NCBI GenBank assembly: GCA_964252035.1
Contig: OZ176203.1
Origin: Podarcis erhardii
Taxonomy: Eukaryota
Strand: one strand, 5' to 3'
DNA: 64,000 bases
Shown: positions 22,634 to 36,300 of the stretch, piece by piece
Numbering within the stretch: position 1 is the first letter of the stretch
Layout of the letters: every line of letters begins with the position of its first letter
Notes under the pieces: model-generated
What the model saw: the letters and a program-made list of their open reading frames with translations, nothing else
What the model was told of the DNA's origin: nothing
Database searches by the model: none
Position numbers and translations under genes: made by a program

Positions 22634-25600
22634 TACCTGCAGTTGGGCAGAATTTGGGCTTCAGGCCACATGTTACCCACCCCGGTATGCACCTTTCTAA
22701 AGTAGCCTTGGAAAAAGAGGGTTTAGAGAGAAGCCAAATGGTAAAGTGGTGTATCAAAAAAAGCTCTGATCCAAAAGCTGTTCTGTACAGAGTTCCATAT
22801 TTTCACTAGCTTAAGAATTCAATAACGCTTTTTCAAAATATTTATTTCAAATATTACATGGGCAGCTGTGGCACATAGAACATTGATGAAAGGCACGGTT
22901 AACATGACCCAGTTAGGTTTTCAAATATAGCAGCAAGATTAACAAAACCAAAACCTAGCTCCAAAAAATAAATTGTACTGCAAGTACTGTCAATGGTTAA
23001 TGAAAACATGGCTGGCTGTAGGGCCAAAGTTGCAGGTTCCACGAGCACAGAAACAGAAATTGGCAACCACACAGCGGACTGGGAATAAGGAGTTGGGGCA
23101 TCATTTCTCCTTTGGTGAACTAATTACTACTGACATCATTCACTTACCAAAATTGTAATCATTCCTAGCAAAGTCTAATAAAAGCAAGAAATCAAACCTG
23201 CTGGCTGTCATCCTACTCAGCTATTTTTAAGGCTTATAAACATTCACAATAGTATATTAAAACCTTAGCAAATAGCTACGCCGTAATACAAGTGACGCAC
23301 AAATCTGATCTTCAGGGAATGTGACTTAATTTGAAAGGCTTGTCATCTTTGTAGAATGGCCAGAGAGATGTAAAGAAGTTTTGGATTAAGTTAACTTACA
23401 TTTGCAGGACAGGATTTTTTTTTCTTATTTCCAATGAGTAAGGGGAGACTTTTGGTGGTTGTTTCGCCACACGATCTCTGTATTACGTCCCCTGCTTTTA
23501 GCTGATTTGTGTTCTCTCTCCCACCCAGCCCAGAATCAACATGTTCAATATACTGTGGAAGATTAGGTTGCATTTGCTGGGGGGGGGGGTAAAGCCCAGT
23601 TGGACTGCTAGGTAAAAGCAGGAAAACAACACTTTGGTTTCTAGGCAATAATTTGATCACTTGGCGGACAAAAATCAGGGGCATTAGAAGGGTAGTTGCC
23701 ACAAACGGAATGAACTTAGAAGGGGGGTGTTGATTGATGGACTCTGGGATTTAGTAATACTATGTAGCAAAAGATCAAACAACCCCTTAATTCATACCAC
23801 CAACTGTTGACACATTTTTACAAACCTTTTAGGCGTACAAGCTTGGGAGCAATACTGCCAACCTTTAATGAGGAGCTATAGCCCCCATGCTTTGCTATGC
23901 TAAGTGGAAGACCAGGGCTGTTACAAAGCTTGTTCAGAGCAAATCAAATTGGAGATACAGGTCTGCATATTATCCCCCATGCAAAACACATACAAAGTTG
24001 GCTTAGAAATTTGTCCCATGGACTTGGAATTTCTCCTACACCCCCCCTACCTTCGAGTAGGCTAGTGGTGTTACCAAATCATCAAGCACTGGTTCAAAAT
24101 GCATAAATACTTGCTCCTGTAATTGTTGTGCGAACACTGGTTTCAATGCAAGTTTGGCACCACAGACAGCATTCGACTTTTCCCAATGACAATTGTAAAT
24201 ACTTAGCATTTATGTAGCACTTTGGTTTTTTAAGTGCCTTGCACTGCCTCATAAATCTTTAGAACCACCCTGCAGCCTCATTATGCCTGTATTTCAGATG
24301 TGGAGCTAAGACAGAAATTGTGGCTTACCTAAGGCCACCCAGTGATCTCATGGAAGGTGATGTTTGAAGACAGGCTCTCGGCCACTATGCTACACAAGCT
24401 CTCTTTTTTTATTTTTTAACTATTTTTATTCGATGCCCAATAACAGTCATTCTTTGGGCAACACACATAGTAAAACAAGATAAAATCTTAAGCGCATACT
24501 TATCTTCCCAGCCAAATGGAGAAGTAAAGAGTCTCAGCAAACCTAGTCTATAAATATAGGACAGATTCAACCAAGGAAAAAAAATGGGGAGGGGACCTCC
24601 TCTATTGTGGAAACATCTTGAACAATTTGAAACTTGATTTAAAAATGTATATTATTATGACACTTTTTAGAAAAAAATGGGGGGGCAGACACCTATTTGC
24701 AGACACCTATTCGCATAAATTTTACAAAACGTTTTCACCCTTGAGAGAAGGCAGACCGTTCTTTTTTGGCAAAGCTGGCATCCAAGATGCAGAATTATCT
24801 TAAGATTCAGCTCATGAAACAAACTACCACCACTTAAGTAAACTTCTGTTTACCTGCATGAGTGACAGGTGTGCAGTTGAGGTAAAAAAACAACAACTTA
24901 GCTTCTCATATCTTGGCTAGGGTTAAGAGAGTTCTTTAAAAACTATTATTACATATTGCGTGTTTACTGTGCTGCAGAGCACAAAGTGCTAGAATTGCCT
25001 CTCTTCAAGGCTACTGACCAAGCAAGGATCTCTTCTTCTTTTCCTTGAAGTACAAAAGACAACAAGCATCTAGAATCACATGATGTCCCTTGCTTCAGTC
25101 AGCTGGAGTGCAATGCTTTTAGCGGGAGCTGGGCCCTCTTAAAGGGGGAAAAAAATCACTTTTAACACTTGAAAGTAAGGACAGACAAATCACATTTTTA
25201 AAAAAGCTCAGCTGAGGTTACTGTGTATCTACCTATTTCCACTGTTATCCCTAATAAAACGGTAAGTTTAAGTCATTCCATAAGAATGTGCAGAGATCAT
25301 ACAAAACGGGATGTGAAGCAAAAACAAAACTGTAAATGCGGAAACAGAGCGCTTTTCTATCCAAATGAATAAATTGGCTTGTTTTGGAAGATTGTACAAA
25401 GGTTTAAAAAGGAATAATCCATTATCAAAATTTCCCTTTAATGGGAGAGGATGAATCAAACTTCAGATTCACACACCATACTGAAGTACAAAACTCCTCA
25501 ACATGCTTTCTATGATTACATATTGTGGACTGTGAGCATTAGAAAGTAATGCTATTCAAAGTCCTTGCATGTTATGCCTTTGAACAACATCTCCTAGATT

Positions 25601-26347
25601 TTGGGCTTAAGCCATAGGGGAAGTTGTCCTATGCAAAATCACATTTACTTTCAATGGGTTTTGTGCAGGATAACTTTTTAAAGTTGCGTTCTTGGTATGG
25701 TACAAAAGTGCTTCATCTTTAAACTCCCATTTAACACTCCTAACCATGGCAGTATATTACAAAATATGGTCACCTCATCACCAAAGTAAATTGTAGTGTT
25801 AACCCAAGAAGTAAGATAATCCGTTTAAAAAAAAAACTGCATCGAGTTATATTACCTGCATAAAAATATGTACTTTTCAAATCATTTTAATAAATTAAAT
25901 CCCCCTAATGCTTTTGAATATATATCCCTGATAATCTATAAAAGAGGGCTTGAATTAGCAAAATAAATGGACCTCCAAAAAGTACCCCCTTCATAAAATG
26001 TATTTATATTTTTTTCATCTTCGAGGAATGTAACAATATGTACAACTTCCATGTAGCGTATCCCTATCACTTGGATCGGGGATACTGTGATCCTTAGGCA
26101 GCAGAGTCATGAAGGAACTCATGGATCCAAGATAAATAATACCGGTCAGTTTCTAGATTGTAATAAATCTTTCTTGCTGAGTCTTATCTTCTCAACTACA
26201 GTAGATTTCACAAGAGGTAGTTTCACTGAGAAGTCAGAGTTGGAAATAAGGTGCATGCTCAGTGACTTCACTCTGCAATTGGAGGGGGGGTGGATTTTGT
26301 AGAAAAGTCTTCAAAAGATGGAGATCTCTTTTGTTCCTCTTGATTGA

Positions 26348-26374
26348 TCAGTTGGGGAGCTTTTTAATATGAAT
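26348..26374 (-). CDS. MGAT4A: MGAT4A terminal exon 16 coding part (27 nt incl. TGA)
   Basis: ctctgcattgcag|ATT CAT ATT AAA AAG CTC CCC AAC TGA; IHIKKLPN*, compared with remembered human IHIKKATN*. Confidence 0.93.
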   Translation of the reverse strand: MHIKKLPN

Positions 26375-27329
26375 CTGCAATGCAGAGTTGAAAAGCAGCT
26401 GGTAAAATATACACCTGTTTATGAAAAAGACCACCACACATTACAGTAAAAGACAGTTCCTTGTAATTCCCCCCCACCCCTGTGTGACTGAACCACATTT
26501 TCTACAAGCTGCTTGACAGCAGAGACTAAACATGGCTTCTGGGTGTGCATATACTGCATGCATGTGTTTTGACACAAGAGTGCCTTTTCAATGTTAAATA
26601 TAAACCAGTCGGTTTGCTGTGGAAACGCTAGAGGTCTATCCTTGATTGTAAGCTGCCTTTTGTCATAACAAAGTCTTGTCCCACAACCATGAAACATCCC
26701 AGCTGATCTAAACTGTTGCTTTCCACACAGATACAGCTGACAAAGCAGACTCCTAAAACGCTTTTCAAACTGAATGTGATAATAGGGAAGCTGAGCAGAA
26801 CTTCCAGCACCTAACAGAAAAATGTTTGTTTTTTGAATCCCTTCCAAAAGTACTTCCTAGGATTTGGGAATTATCTGGAACAGCATGCAAGGTGGTGCGG
26901 GGGGGGGGGGATCACAAACCCTGCCATCTGCTAGCAGACACCTCTTCTGGGTTGGATATGAAGAGAAGAGCACCTTTGGTTCAAACCTAACATTCAAAAA
27001 TTACTTAATAGCACTAGGATGTCATAGGGCATGGGTAGGCAAACTAATGCCCGGGGGCCGGATGTGGGCCAATCACCTTCTAAATCCGGCCAGCGGACGG
27101 TCCGGGAATCAGCGTGTTTTTACATGAGTAGAATGTGTGCTTTTATTTAAAATGCATCTCTGGGTTATTTGTGGGGCATAGGAATTTGTTCATTCCCCCC
27201 CCCCAAAAAAAAAGTCCGGCCCCCCACAAGGTCTGAGTGACAGTGAACCGGCCCCCTGCTGGAAAAGTTTGCTGACCCCTGTCATAGAGTGCTTCAGCAA
27301 GGCAAGTGCCCAAGTGTTCTCAAAGCAGC

Positions 27330-27394
<65 letters not shown>

Positions 27395-30300
27395 TCATCA
27401 GCATTTCACACAACCGCAGTGTGTATCACTTGTGTCTGGAAGCCGCATCAATTGACTAAAATCTGTCTGCAAAATGCCAGCATGGAGAGGTTTATCACAA
27501 TAGTCCCACAGACTCGGAATGTCACAAAACACTTCTTTTAAAGTGAGACTTAAACCTGAAGTGGCTTGAAGGTTGGTTTTCTAGTCATACAAGGCATTCT
27601 GTTGAAATCTTACCTCATTTAGAATTGCCCAGACAGATGAGTTTTGTATTACTAGAAGCCGGACAGCTGCAATTGGATTTAGACTGGGATCAACTGTTCC
27701 CTCTGCCATTCCATTTTCAAATTTGCCTTCAGAAAGCAAAAAGGCATTCTAAATGAAAACGTTCAGCCAATGCAAGCCATCACATAAGAACATGTTACAT
27801 GTAAGTCTACTGTATTTAGTTTTGAAATGGGTTCACAACTGCGGCAGTCCCCAAGGCAACACAGGAAAAGGTAAGAGTTTGTGGAAGCAGTCAGAGATCT
27901 ACTTTTTCACAAAAACAGGATTTTTGTGCCTCAGTTTGAACAATGCTTCAATGCCTCATAAATCAAATTAAAAAACAGCATCCCCAAACCCTATATATTA
28001 CTTTCAACATTCATCCAAATATATTCTTTATTTGGGACTGAGATTTGCGTGCAAAAAAAAAAAATACTCCAGCTTACATATTTTTAAAATCTCAGTTCTC
28101 AATTGAAACTTCTAGATAAAGGGTTACCATAATCTCATTATTCTGTTCATATCATAAATTATCTCTGTTTCAACTAAAAGCAGCATCATAGTCAGCCTGT
28201 AAAAATATAGAACTGGTACTACGATTTGTTACTTTAGCTATCCAGAGTTTATTTTAACAATATAGGAGGACAATCAAGAATTTCCTTCATCCCTTGCAGT
28301 TGTTGGATGCTACAAGGTACCTTCTCCTACACTTGGTAACACCAAAAAGTGAACTGCTGCTCAACTGAGTCTGGCTTCTGCTGCCATCACCCAAACTTCT
28401 GTGGGGCTTTGGTAGATAAGACCAGGCCATAAGACAAGTTGCCTTAAGCCCCATCTGCACTATATAACTTTAAACAGTGATAGCTTCCCTCAAAGAATTC
28501 AGGGAATTGTAGCTTGTTACAGGTGTTGAGCTACAATTCCCAGAGTAGTGTTATAACCAATCTCTATTCCCAGGGAACTCTGAGAATTGTAGTTCTGTGA
28601 GGGGAACAGAAGTCTTCTAACAACTAACAGTTTCCACAATTCTTTGGGGAAAGCCATGGCTGTTTAAAGTAGTATGAAACTGATTTAAATGTATAGTGCA
28701 AATGGGACCTCAGTTACAAAACAGTTTCGTTGATGATAATTTTTGTAAAAACAGTTCTTTTTTTCTTTCTTTTACACAGTGTTACCTATTCTGAAATACC
28801 CATCATCCAATCGTTTCTCTTTGGTTTCTCTGCTTAATACCAACTCTTCACTCTGAAAAGCGAGATAAAAAAATTGAAGTATTAGTTATATGCCAATGTA
28901 GCGATTCATAAGGGATAGAGAAGAATTTTGGCCTTCATTTTAAAAAAGGAACCAACCCAATTTCACAGTTTCTGGCCTCATTCACTGAAGGGACAACAGT
29001 CTAAGGATCAAACACACTTCTCTGGATTTTGCAATGACATTCAGATTATAAAACTGCATGTAAAAATGCTTATTTTATGGGGGAAATGGGGGCAGGATTC
29101 ACCTAACAAGCCTGTCAGTGGAAGCAGTCCTGCACAATGGGGTTTCCCCCAAAGTCTGAAATTGGCTTGAGAGGGGGTCAGGAGAACCCTCAGTACATCA
29201 TGTAGGGGAAGGAGAGGAGGGTATTCTGTCTGGCAAACTGCAATGCTTACACAGATGAAATGTTTTCTCATAACACAATGTTGAATTCTACTCTGAATAT
29301 TCTAGGGGAGAATGCATAGAAAAGCATACAGATGCATATTTTAGAACTTAAACGTACACAGCACACATTTATGGGAAATATGCCTCAAAATGTATATAAT
29401 TTAAATGCCAATTTTTCATGATTTTTTTTTTTTAAAAACAATTCCTTGAGAACAAGGGCAGAAAAGCACATATGACTGAACACGTAAAGATGTCACAGAA
29501 ATAAGCAGATCAGTCGATAACTCTATATTACAGCAGGGTCCCTTTGTTCTGTACACAAATCATGATTAGAAGTCCCCCAAACAGAGTCATTAAAAAAGAG
29601 AAAGAAATAAAGTTTTACTTTTTGTGCAGATGCAAAGAGAGCAGCATTTAACATGTCCTCTTTTGGGGCCTAACATGCCCATCCGGGGGGATTTTTACAT
29701 CTTAAAGCAAATGTCTGGGTTTGCGGGGAGTCGTTTTTATTTGGGGGGTGGCGCAGGCTGCTCTGCACGCCGTGGCTGCTACCAACCCAAGCATGTGCAC
29801 CTCTTTCCCCAGCTCAGGCTGGCAGTGGCTCAGGCTGTCCTCTTTTTTGCTCTACAAGATATGGCAACCCTAGCTCCAGAGAATTGGAAGAACCCCTCAA
29901 TCAGATTTAGGGGAACACAAGGAGAGGACACTACAGTCGCCCTTTCTTCTTAGCCCTAATTGTACCACAACTGTTGTATGGCCTTTGTTATCACCTCCCA
30001 AGCATCCTGAGGCTGATAAGGCCACTGGAGTCAATTTCACAAGCTAAGTTCTATAAATGCTAAACCAAGTCCTACAATTCTGCATTCAGTGGGTAGTGGC
30101 AGCTCTGGTTTACCTAAGTAGGTTACACTTAGATCATGAATGTCAGCCTTCTGGAAATATACATTCCTTATTCCAGTTTTTTGAGATAAGATTTGGTGGG
30201 ATTAATAGTTCTATCTTTGGGGAGGGAGAAAACCCACATTCTCTTATATCAATAGAAGTGTCATGTATGAAAGATAGTCATTTTTACCCTTAAGATAAAT

Positions 30301-33300
30301 ACAAGGGGGGGGGGGGAGAGACAGACTTCTCTGTCTTCATACCTTAAAAGGCAACACTTCCACTGTTGTGTTGACGAATATATCTCCTGGATGTTCTGGG
30401 TTGCCGCTGTGGAACAGGAATCTATAAAAGTGAAGATTAAGAAGCCCAAGATGATCAGTCATGGCTAATGAGAAGTATGGAAACATATAAAGGCCACCTA
30501 AAAGACCGAAACCCCACAAAATCCTGTTTACTTAGAACTTAATGTGTTCAAAGGGGTTTACTCCCAGGTAAGTATGGAAAAGACTGCTGCCAATGACACC
30601 CAAAAGATTTAATGAAAGCACGTTGAAAGATTATAACATTGGGTATCCAACATGGTGCTAACTAAATGTTCCATCAGTGCAAGTATTTCTGCTTGTGCAA
30701 TGGAAGGTTTTCCACCTCTCCTATCACTACATGCTCCCTCAATCTGTTCTAGGGGTTCCTCCAACACTCTCAAGCAGATTTGGGGGTAGCTGGAGTGCAC
30801 CCAGGAGGAGGACGGGGGGAAGTCTCATTACCAAGGCAGAAATCCTTGCACTGATGATATATGTTAGTTGAATACTGCCCCTGGTTCTTGTACACAGTTG
30901 TCAAAGGAATCATAATGGACTAAAATTGCCAAATGAGATTTGTATGTTCTTAACCGCTATCAGTGTAAGGATGCCTAGAAGGAATTCAACCACAGTGGTA
31001 CCTCGGATTACAGACGCTTCAGGTTACAGACGCTTCAGGTTACAGACTCCGCTAACCCAGAAATAGTGTTTCAGGTTAAGAACTTTGCTTCAGGATGAGA
31101 ACAGAAATCGTGCGGCGGCAGCAGGAGGCCCCATTAGTTAAAGTGGTACCTCAGGTTAAGAACAGTTTCAGGTTAAGAACAGACCTCCAGAACGAATTAA
31201 GTTCTTAACCCGACGTACCACTGTATGTTTAAATAAGAAGTATGTTTATATTACAACCCCCAAATCAATTCAGTAATTTCAAACCATGAATGGGTAACCT
31301 TGCCCCCTGAATTTGTTGTTAAGACTATCAAGTCCCATTAGTCCAGCCAGCATGGTCAATAGCTATGGATAGGAGTTGGTCCAACAACACCTGTAAGCCA
31401 CAGGTGATCTACCCCTGCTTTAAATAAATCTAGATCTTTTGTCAGGAGTGCTATTTTGGCATGCACAGACAGTGACATGAAAATTGTGAATATTTCCTCA
31501 AAGGGGAACCTTAACCTAAAAGCAAACTAGACATCCTATCTAGAGGGAAGTGTGAGGTCCTAGGCAGGAACATGGGGGTGGAGGATGCCTTGGGAAGAGC
31601 CCAACAAGCTACAGCAACAGGAGGTCTCTGGGCTGGCGATCCAAAGGGCACAATTGTTTGGGCAGATTTCAAGTAAATCATGAGAAAAGCTGACCAAAAG
31701 AACCCCTAAATATAAATCACTTTCACTTATTTCTGTTACTTGCAAGCTGTAAAAAAGAGGACTGCCTATACAGTTATAAATCCTTACACATTACAGCATG
31801 ATAGCAGAAAGTAAAGTCCAATGTATGTAAGCAATTCTGTTCCTTGCTCCCCCCCACCCTGTAACCATTCATTTGACCTATAGTGAAATGAAGTTCCTGC
31901 AATCTTATGCACACTTATCTGAGAGAAAGTCTCAATTAATACATGTTAACTTCCAGGTAAATAGTCATAGGATTATTCTGTTTGTGTCTTCTCAGGAAAC
32001 ATTTCCATGCAAAGTTAATTCTTCTAATTTTATTGATTTTACATAAGCAGCTTCTATTTCGAAGAAATACTCCGTCCCACAGCTTCAAATTACAGTACTT
32101 TCCATCTACATATATGCAACTGCTTCCCTTATCTTAAAATTCAAAGCAGTTGTAAAGTAGTATTTACCAAGCAGATGGCCAAAAAATAGATGTAGATAGA
32201 AATTCATCTGAAACCTGAATGGCTGAATACAATTACATATATAAATAGTCCAAAAGAGATGAATTAAAGCTGACTCAATTCCTACACATGGACGATGAGA
32301 ACACAAGCACAGATTAATTGGCATCAGTATACACAACAACATGTTGTTGTAAATCTGTCACTTGCTGCCTTGTTTAATATACTGTAAGCAATCTTCACAC
32401 AAAATATTACTTCAGAACTGTTTTGAACTTTAAGTTAAGGAAAACAGCTACATCTTCATATTGTACATATCTTTGAATCCATGTAGCAAGATCTCTTCAA
32501 TGTAGAAAAAGCCCCTGTGACTTGAATGAAACAGAAGACTTAACTTGAATGGAAATGCTATTTTTGCACAAGACACCATGACAAACTTTACTGTTGCGTG
32601 AGGAACATCAAGGCGAAGAAGGTCCTTAGCCACCGCTTTCAACCATTTGAACCTCCACAGAAATGTCAGTACAGTGGTACCTCGCAAGACGAAATTATTT
32701 CGTTCTGCGAGTTTTTTCGTCTTGCGATTTTTTTCGTCTTGCGAAGCACGGATTTTGGAAAAGCTTCAAAAATCACCAGTCTTCAAAAACCTCAAAAAAG
32801 GCTCGAAGTCAAGTCGCAACTGCACCCCCTGAATGCATGGTTTCAATAAAAAGGAAACAAACTTGCAAGACGTTTTCGTCTTGCGAAGCAAGCCCATAGG
32901 GAAATCCGTCTTGCGAAGCAACTCAAAAAACGAAAAACTCTTTCGTTTTGCGAGTTTTTCGTCTTACGAGGCATTCGTCTTGCGAGGTACCACTGTAAAA
33001 CCTTTAAGAGTTCAGGTAACATTCCTTACAACATATGATACACATTTACAGTGGTGCCCCACAAGACGAACGCCTCGGAAGACGAAAAACTCGCTAGACG
33101 AAGGAGTTTTTCATTTTCTTAGCCGCTTCGCAAGACGCATCTCCCTATGGGCTTGCTTCGCAAAACGAAGCTTGCCCCGCAAGCTCCGGGGATAGCAGGG
33201 AAGCGCAGCGTGTCTTCCCTGCTGTCCCCGGACCTCTTTTGAAGCAAGGGTTGGCGGGGAGAAGATCGCTTCTCCCCATTGCCAGCCCCGCGCGCCTTCC

Positions 33301-36300
33301 CCTCTGTCCCCGGACCCCTTTTGAACCAAGGGGCGGCAACGCGGAGAAGCGATCTTCTCCCCTCCGCCCCTTGCTTCAAAAGAGGGGACAGAGGGGAAGG
33401 CGCGCACCTTCCCCTCTGTCCCCCGACCCCTTTTGAACCAAGGGGCGGCAACGGGGAGAAGTGATCTTCTCCCCGTTGCCGCCCCTTGCTTCAAAAGAGG
33501 GGACAGAGGGGATGGACGGTCTCCATAGGAACGCATTGATTGATTTTCAATGCATTCCTATGGGAAACCGTGTTTCGCAAGACAAAAAACTCGCAAGAAG
33601 AAAAAACTTGCGGAACGAATTAATTTCGTCTTGCGAGGCACCACTGTACATATGAAAAGGTTCCCTGGTCCTAATAATACATTTGCCTTGGCAAAACTGA
33701 TTGCTGCACACATTAACGTTATCAAGACAATTTTGTAAAATATACAATAGGACATAACATCTCCTATTTTAAGGAGCATCTTGTGTTACAAATATTCCTA
33801 TTTCAAGATGGCAGCTGTTAAAAAATGAGCTTATTTTTCAGCATTTCAGCTAATAGTTTCCTTGTCAACATGAAACAAATCAGTAACAATCTCCCGGAGA
33901 CAGACATGTATGACTGAGTTTTTAATGGTTGTGTAAAAATGACTAATTCATGAAATCTGTGGTTTCTAACCCCATTGTTCAAGCAGAATATAAAACTGAT
34001 CTTCCTTTATTTGAAATAATGTTCCCTTTTTGTTGAAACCAGGAGAGAAAATTATCGAATCTGTCCTATGCCTCTCATTGTTAATTTTTAAAATCAGTAA
34101 TAATTGAAGCCGCTTGATGTAGGATTTGAAAATGTAATATTTAGTGTTCTGAACACCATTTTGCTATGTTCTCTCTGCAGTAGAGATCAAAGAAAGACAA
34201 ATAAAACTGAAAATAAGCTTGCCTATTATCTAATATGGATGTCAGTGTGACATTACGACTTTCCATTTTCAAAAAGATAACATTCAGTTTGGGGGTGTTG
34301 GTAAAGCTAGGTGATCTTACAACTTACATCTATTTTGCCATGCTGACAGCAAAACTTAACTTGTCTTATTTCTCATCCTTCCAGATTAACAGCTGCCCAT
34401 GCGCACTTAACTACCCCAAATTAGTTTATAGCATTATAAACTAATTTTGCAGACCACTTATAGCCCCTGGGTTGTTATTTGAATTGAGGTGGTGCGGGAG
34501 ACACCCCAAATCTGTGCCCAAGATATTGCAAAATGATCATGAAGAAGCATGATATAATTAGTACCTTTCAAAAGATAAATCAATTTTACTGTTTTAAAAA
34601 GTGAGGTGGAAGGTGGAGTGCAAGTTGCGACAGGTTACAAATTGTCCATAGAAACATCTTGTGATGTTTACACAAAACACAAAATTTGGCAATTGTAAAC
34701 CTCCCCCTTGGTGGGGCACCCACAATTCAACTTTTTTCAAGTAAGCTCTGCCAGCAATATCTCTAGTGGATGAATCAGAAATCAGCAAGTAGTTGCTTCT
34801 TAACCCACAGCTGTAATATTTTGAGAACAAGTTCATGGTCAGTGATGTTAAAACAAGGTTGACTCTTCATCTGTCAGATTCCTAAGGACCTATTCCAATG
34901 TGAAATTTTGATAACCCAGCTGATCATTTAACCTTCTGCTTAGATATAACCTTCTGCTTAGTCACCAGCATTTAATTTAAATGACCATGAAGCTCTTCTG
35001 CAAAATTAATTTCCAACCTCATGACAGGATTAATAAGCATGTCTAAGCAACGGAAACTGGAAAGAATTCCCGTAGAGATGTGTGCATGAAAACATTAAAA
35101 CTGAGTGCTAAATACACTTAGAACTTAATAGAACTTAAAAGCTGTTAACAGTACACTTCTATCCTAACCTAATAGTACAAAATGGTTTCCTGCACAAATT
35201 TTTCTTTGCAAGAAGAAAAGTGACATTACACAGAGCCAAATTTGCAATCTGCATTCCAAAATGGCACAAATAGCAACTGGGCTATTTTAATTCTAAACAA
35301 CCGGTGTGGCTTTGTTTTGCCTAAAATACCAAACATTTGACAAAAAAAGTCCAACAAGCAGACTAATCATTCTATTGGATGCCATGAACAATTGTTTATA
35401 AAGCTGGTCGATTTACTGTAATTCCAACCTCATTTCAAGACACCGTTCAGCAGAAGCTTCATTTTGTCATGGAAGCACTTACCTTTCTACATTGACAGGC
35501 TTGTCAAATTTAAAGAGGATATAATCTCCAGCAACTGGTGTAACAGCCCAAAAGAAATCTTCACCCATGTAGGCTTTTTCAAGAGCATGACCCTGATAAA
35601 CCTTCAAAGTTGTAGAAACCTCTGCAGGTGGATTGACATGAATTTTATGCAATAATGGTTTCAGGAAGTCTTTATCCTAAAAAGACGTTAAGATTCATTA
35701 AGCTAGGAACCGAAGAAGAGGTCAGATGCAAAACAGACTCTGCTTCAGTCAGCTGTAGCAAAAAAACCTGCCTGAAACAGCTTTTATCAAGAGGCATTAA
35801 ACATTTCCCTTGGCAGGAAATTTTCCTCAACACACGTTGGGAGTCTATTGTTCAGTCTCCTGTTTTCCTTTTCTGATTTTTCTGCAGTTTTTACTGATCC
35901 TCTCTCTGTTGTCAAGCTGGCCATCAGCCATAATATATTTTCTCCCTGCTACTGGCTTATTTTGCAGTTAAATAAAAATTCAAAGTCAATTAACATGAAT
36001 CAACAAGTTTACAATTTTAAGAAAGTTTACTTAAAAAGTGAGAGAGTGTGTGAACAAGACAGCTTTTATTAGAGATGAGAAGAACAAGATTTTTCCCTCT
36101 ACCCTGTAGCAAACAAGGGATAATATCCTCTCCCTCACTGACAATACTGCACAATGAAACTATTGCTCCTCCATCCCTCTTTAGCCTTCATGTATCCCAA
36201 AATCTACTCTGGAGGGTGGGGGGAACCTCTGGTGAAGATGGGGGTTACAAGAATAGGAGAAAAAGCAGTAGACCCATCACAACCAGTGGCACTTTTGCTT

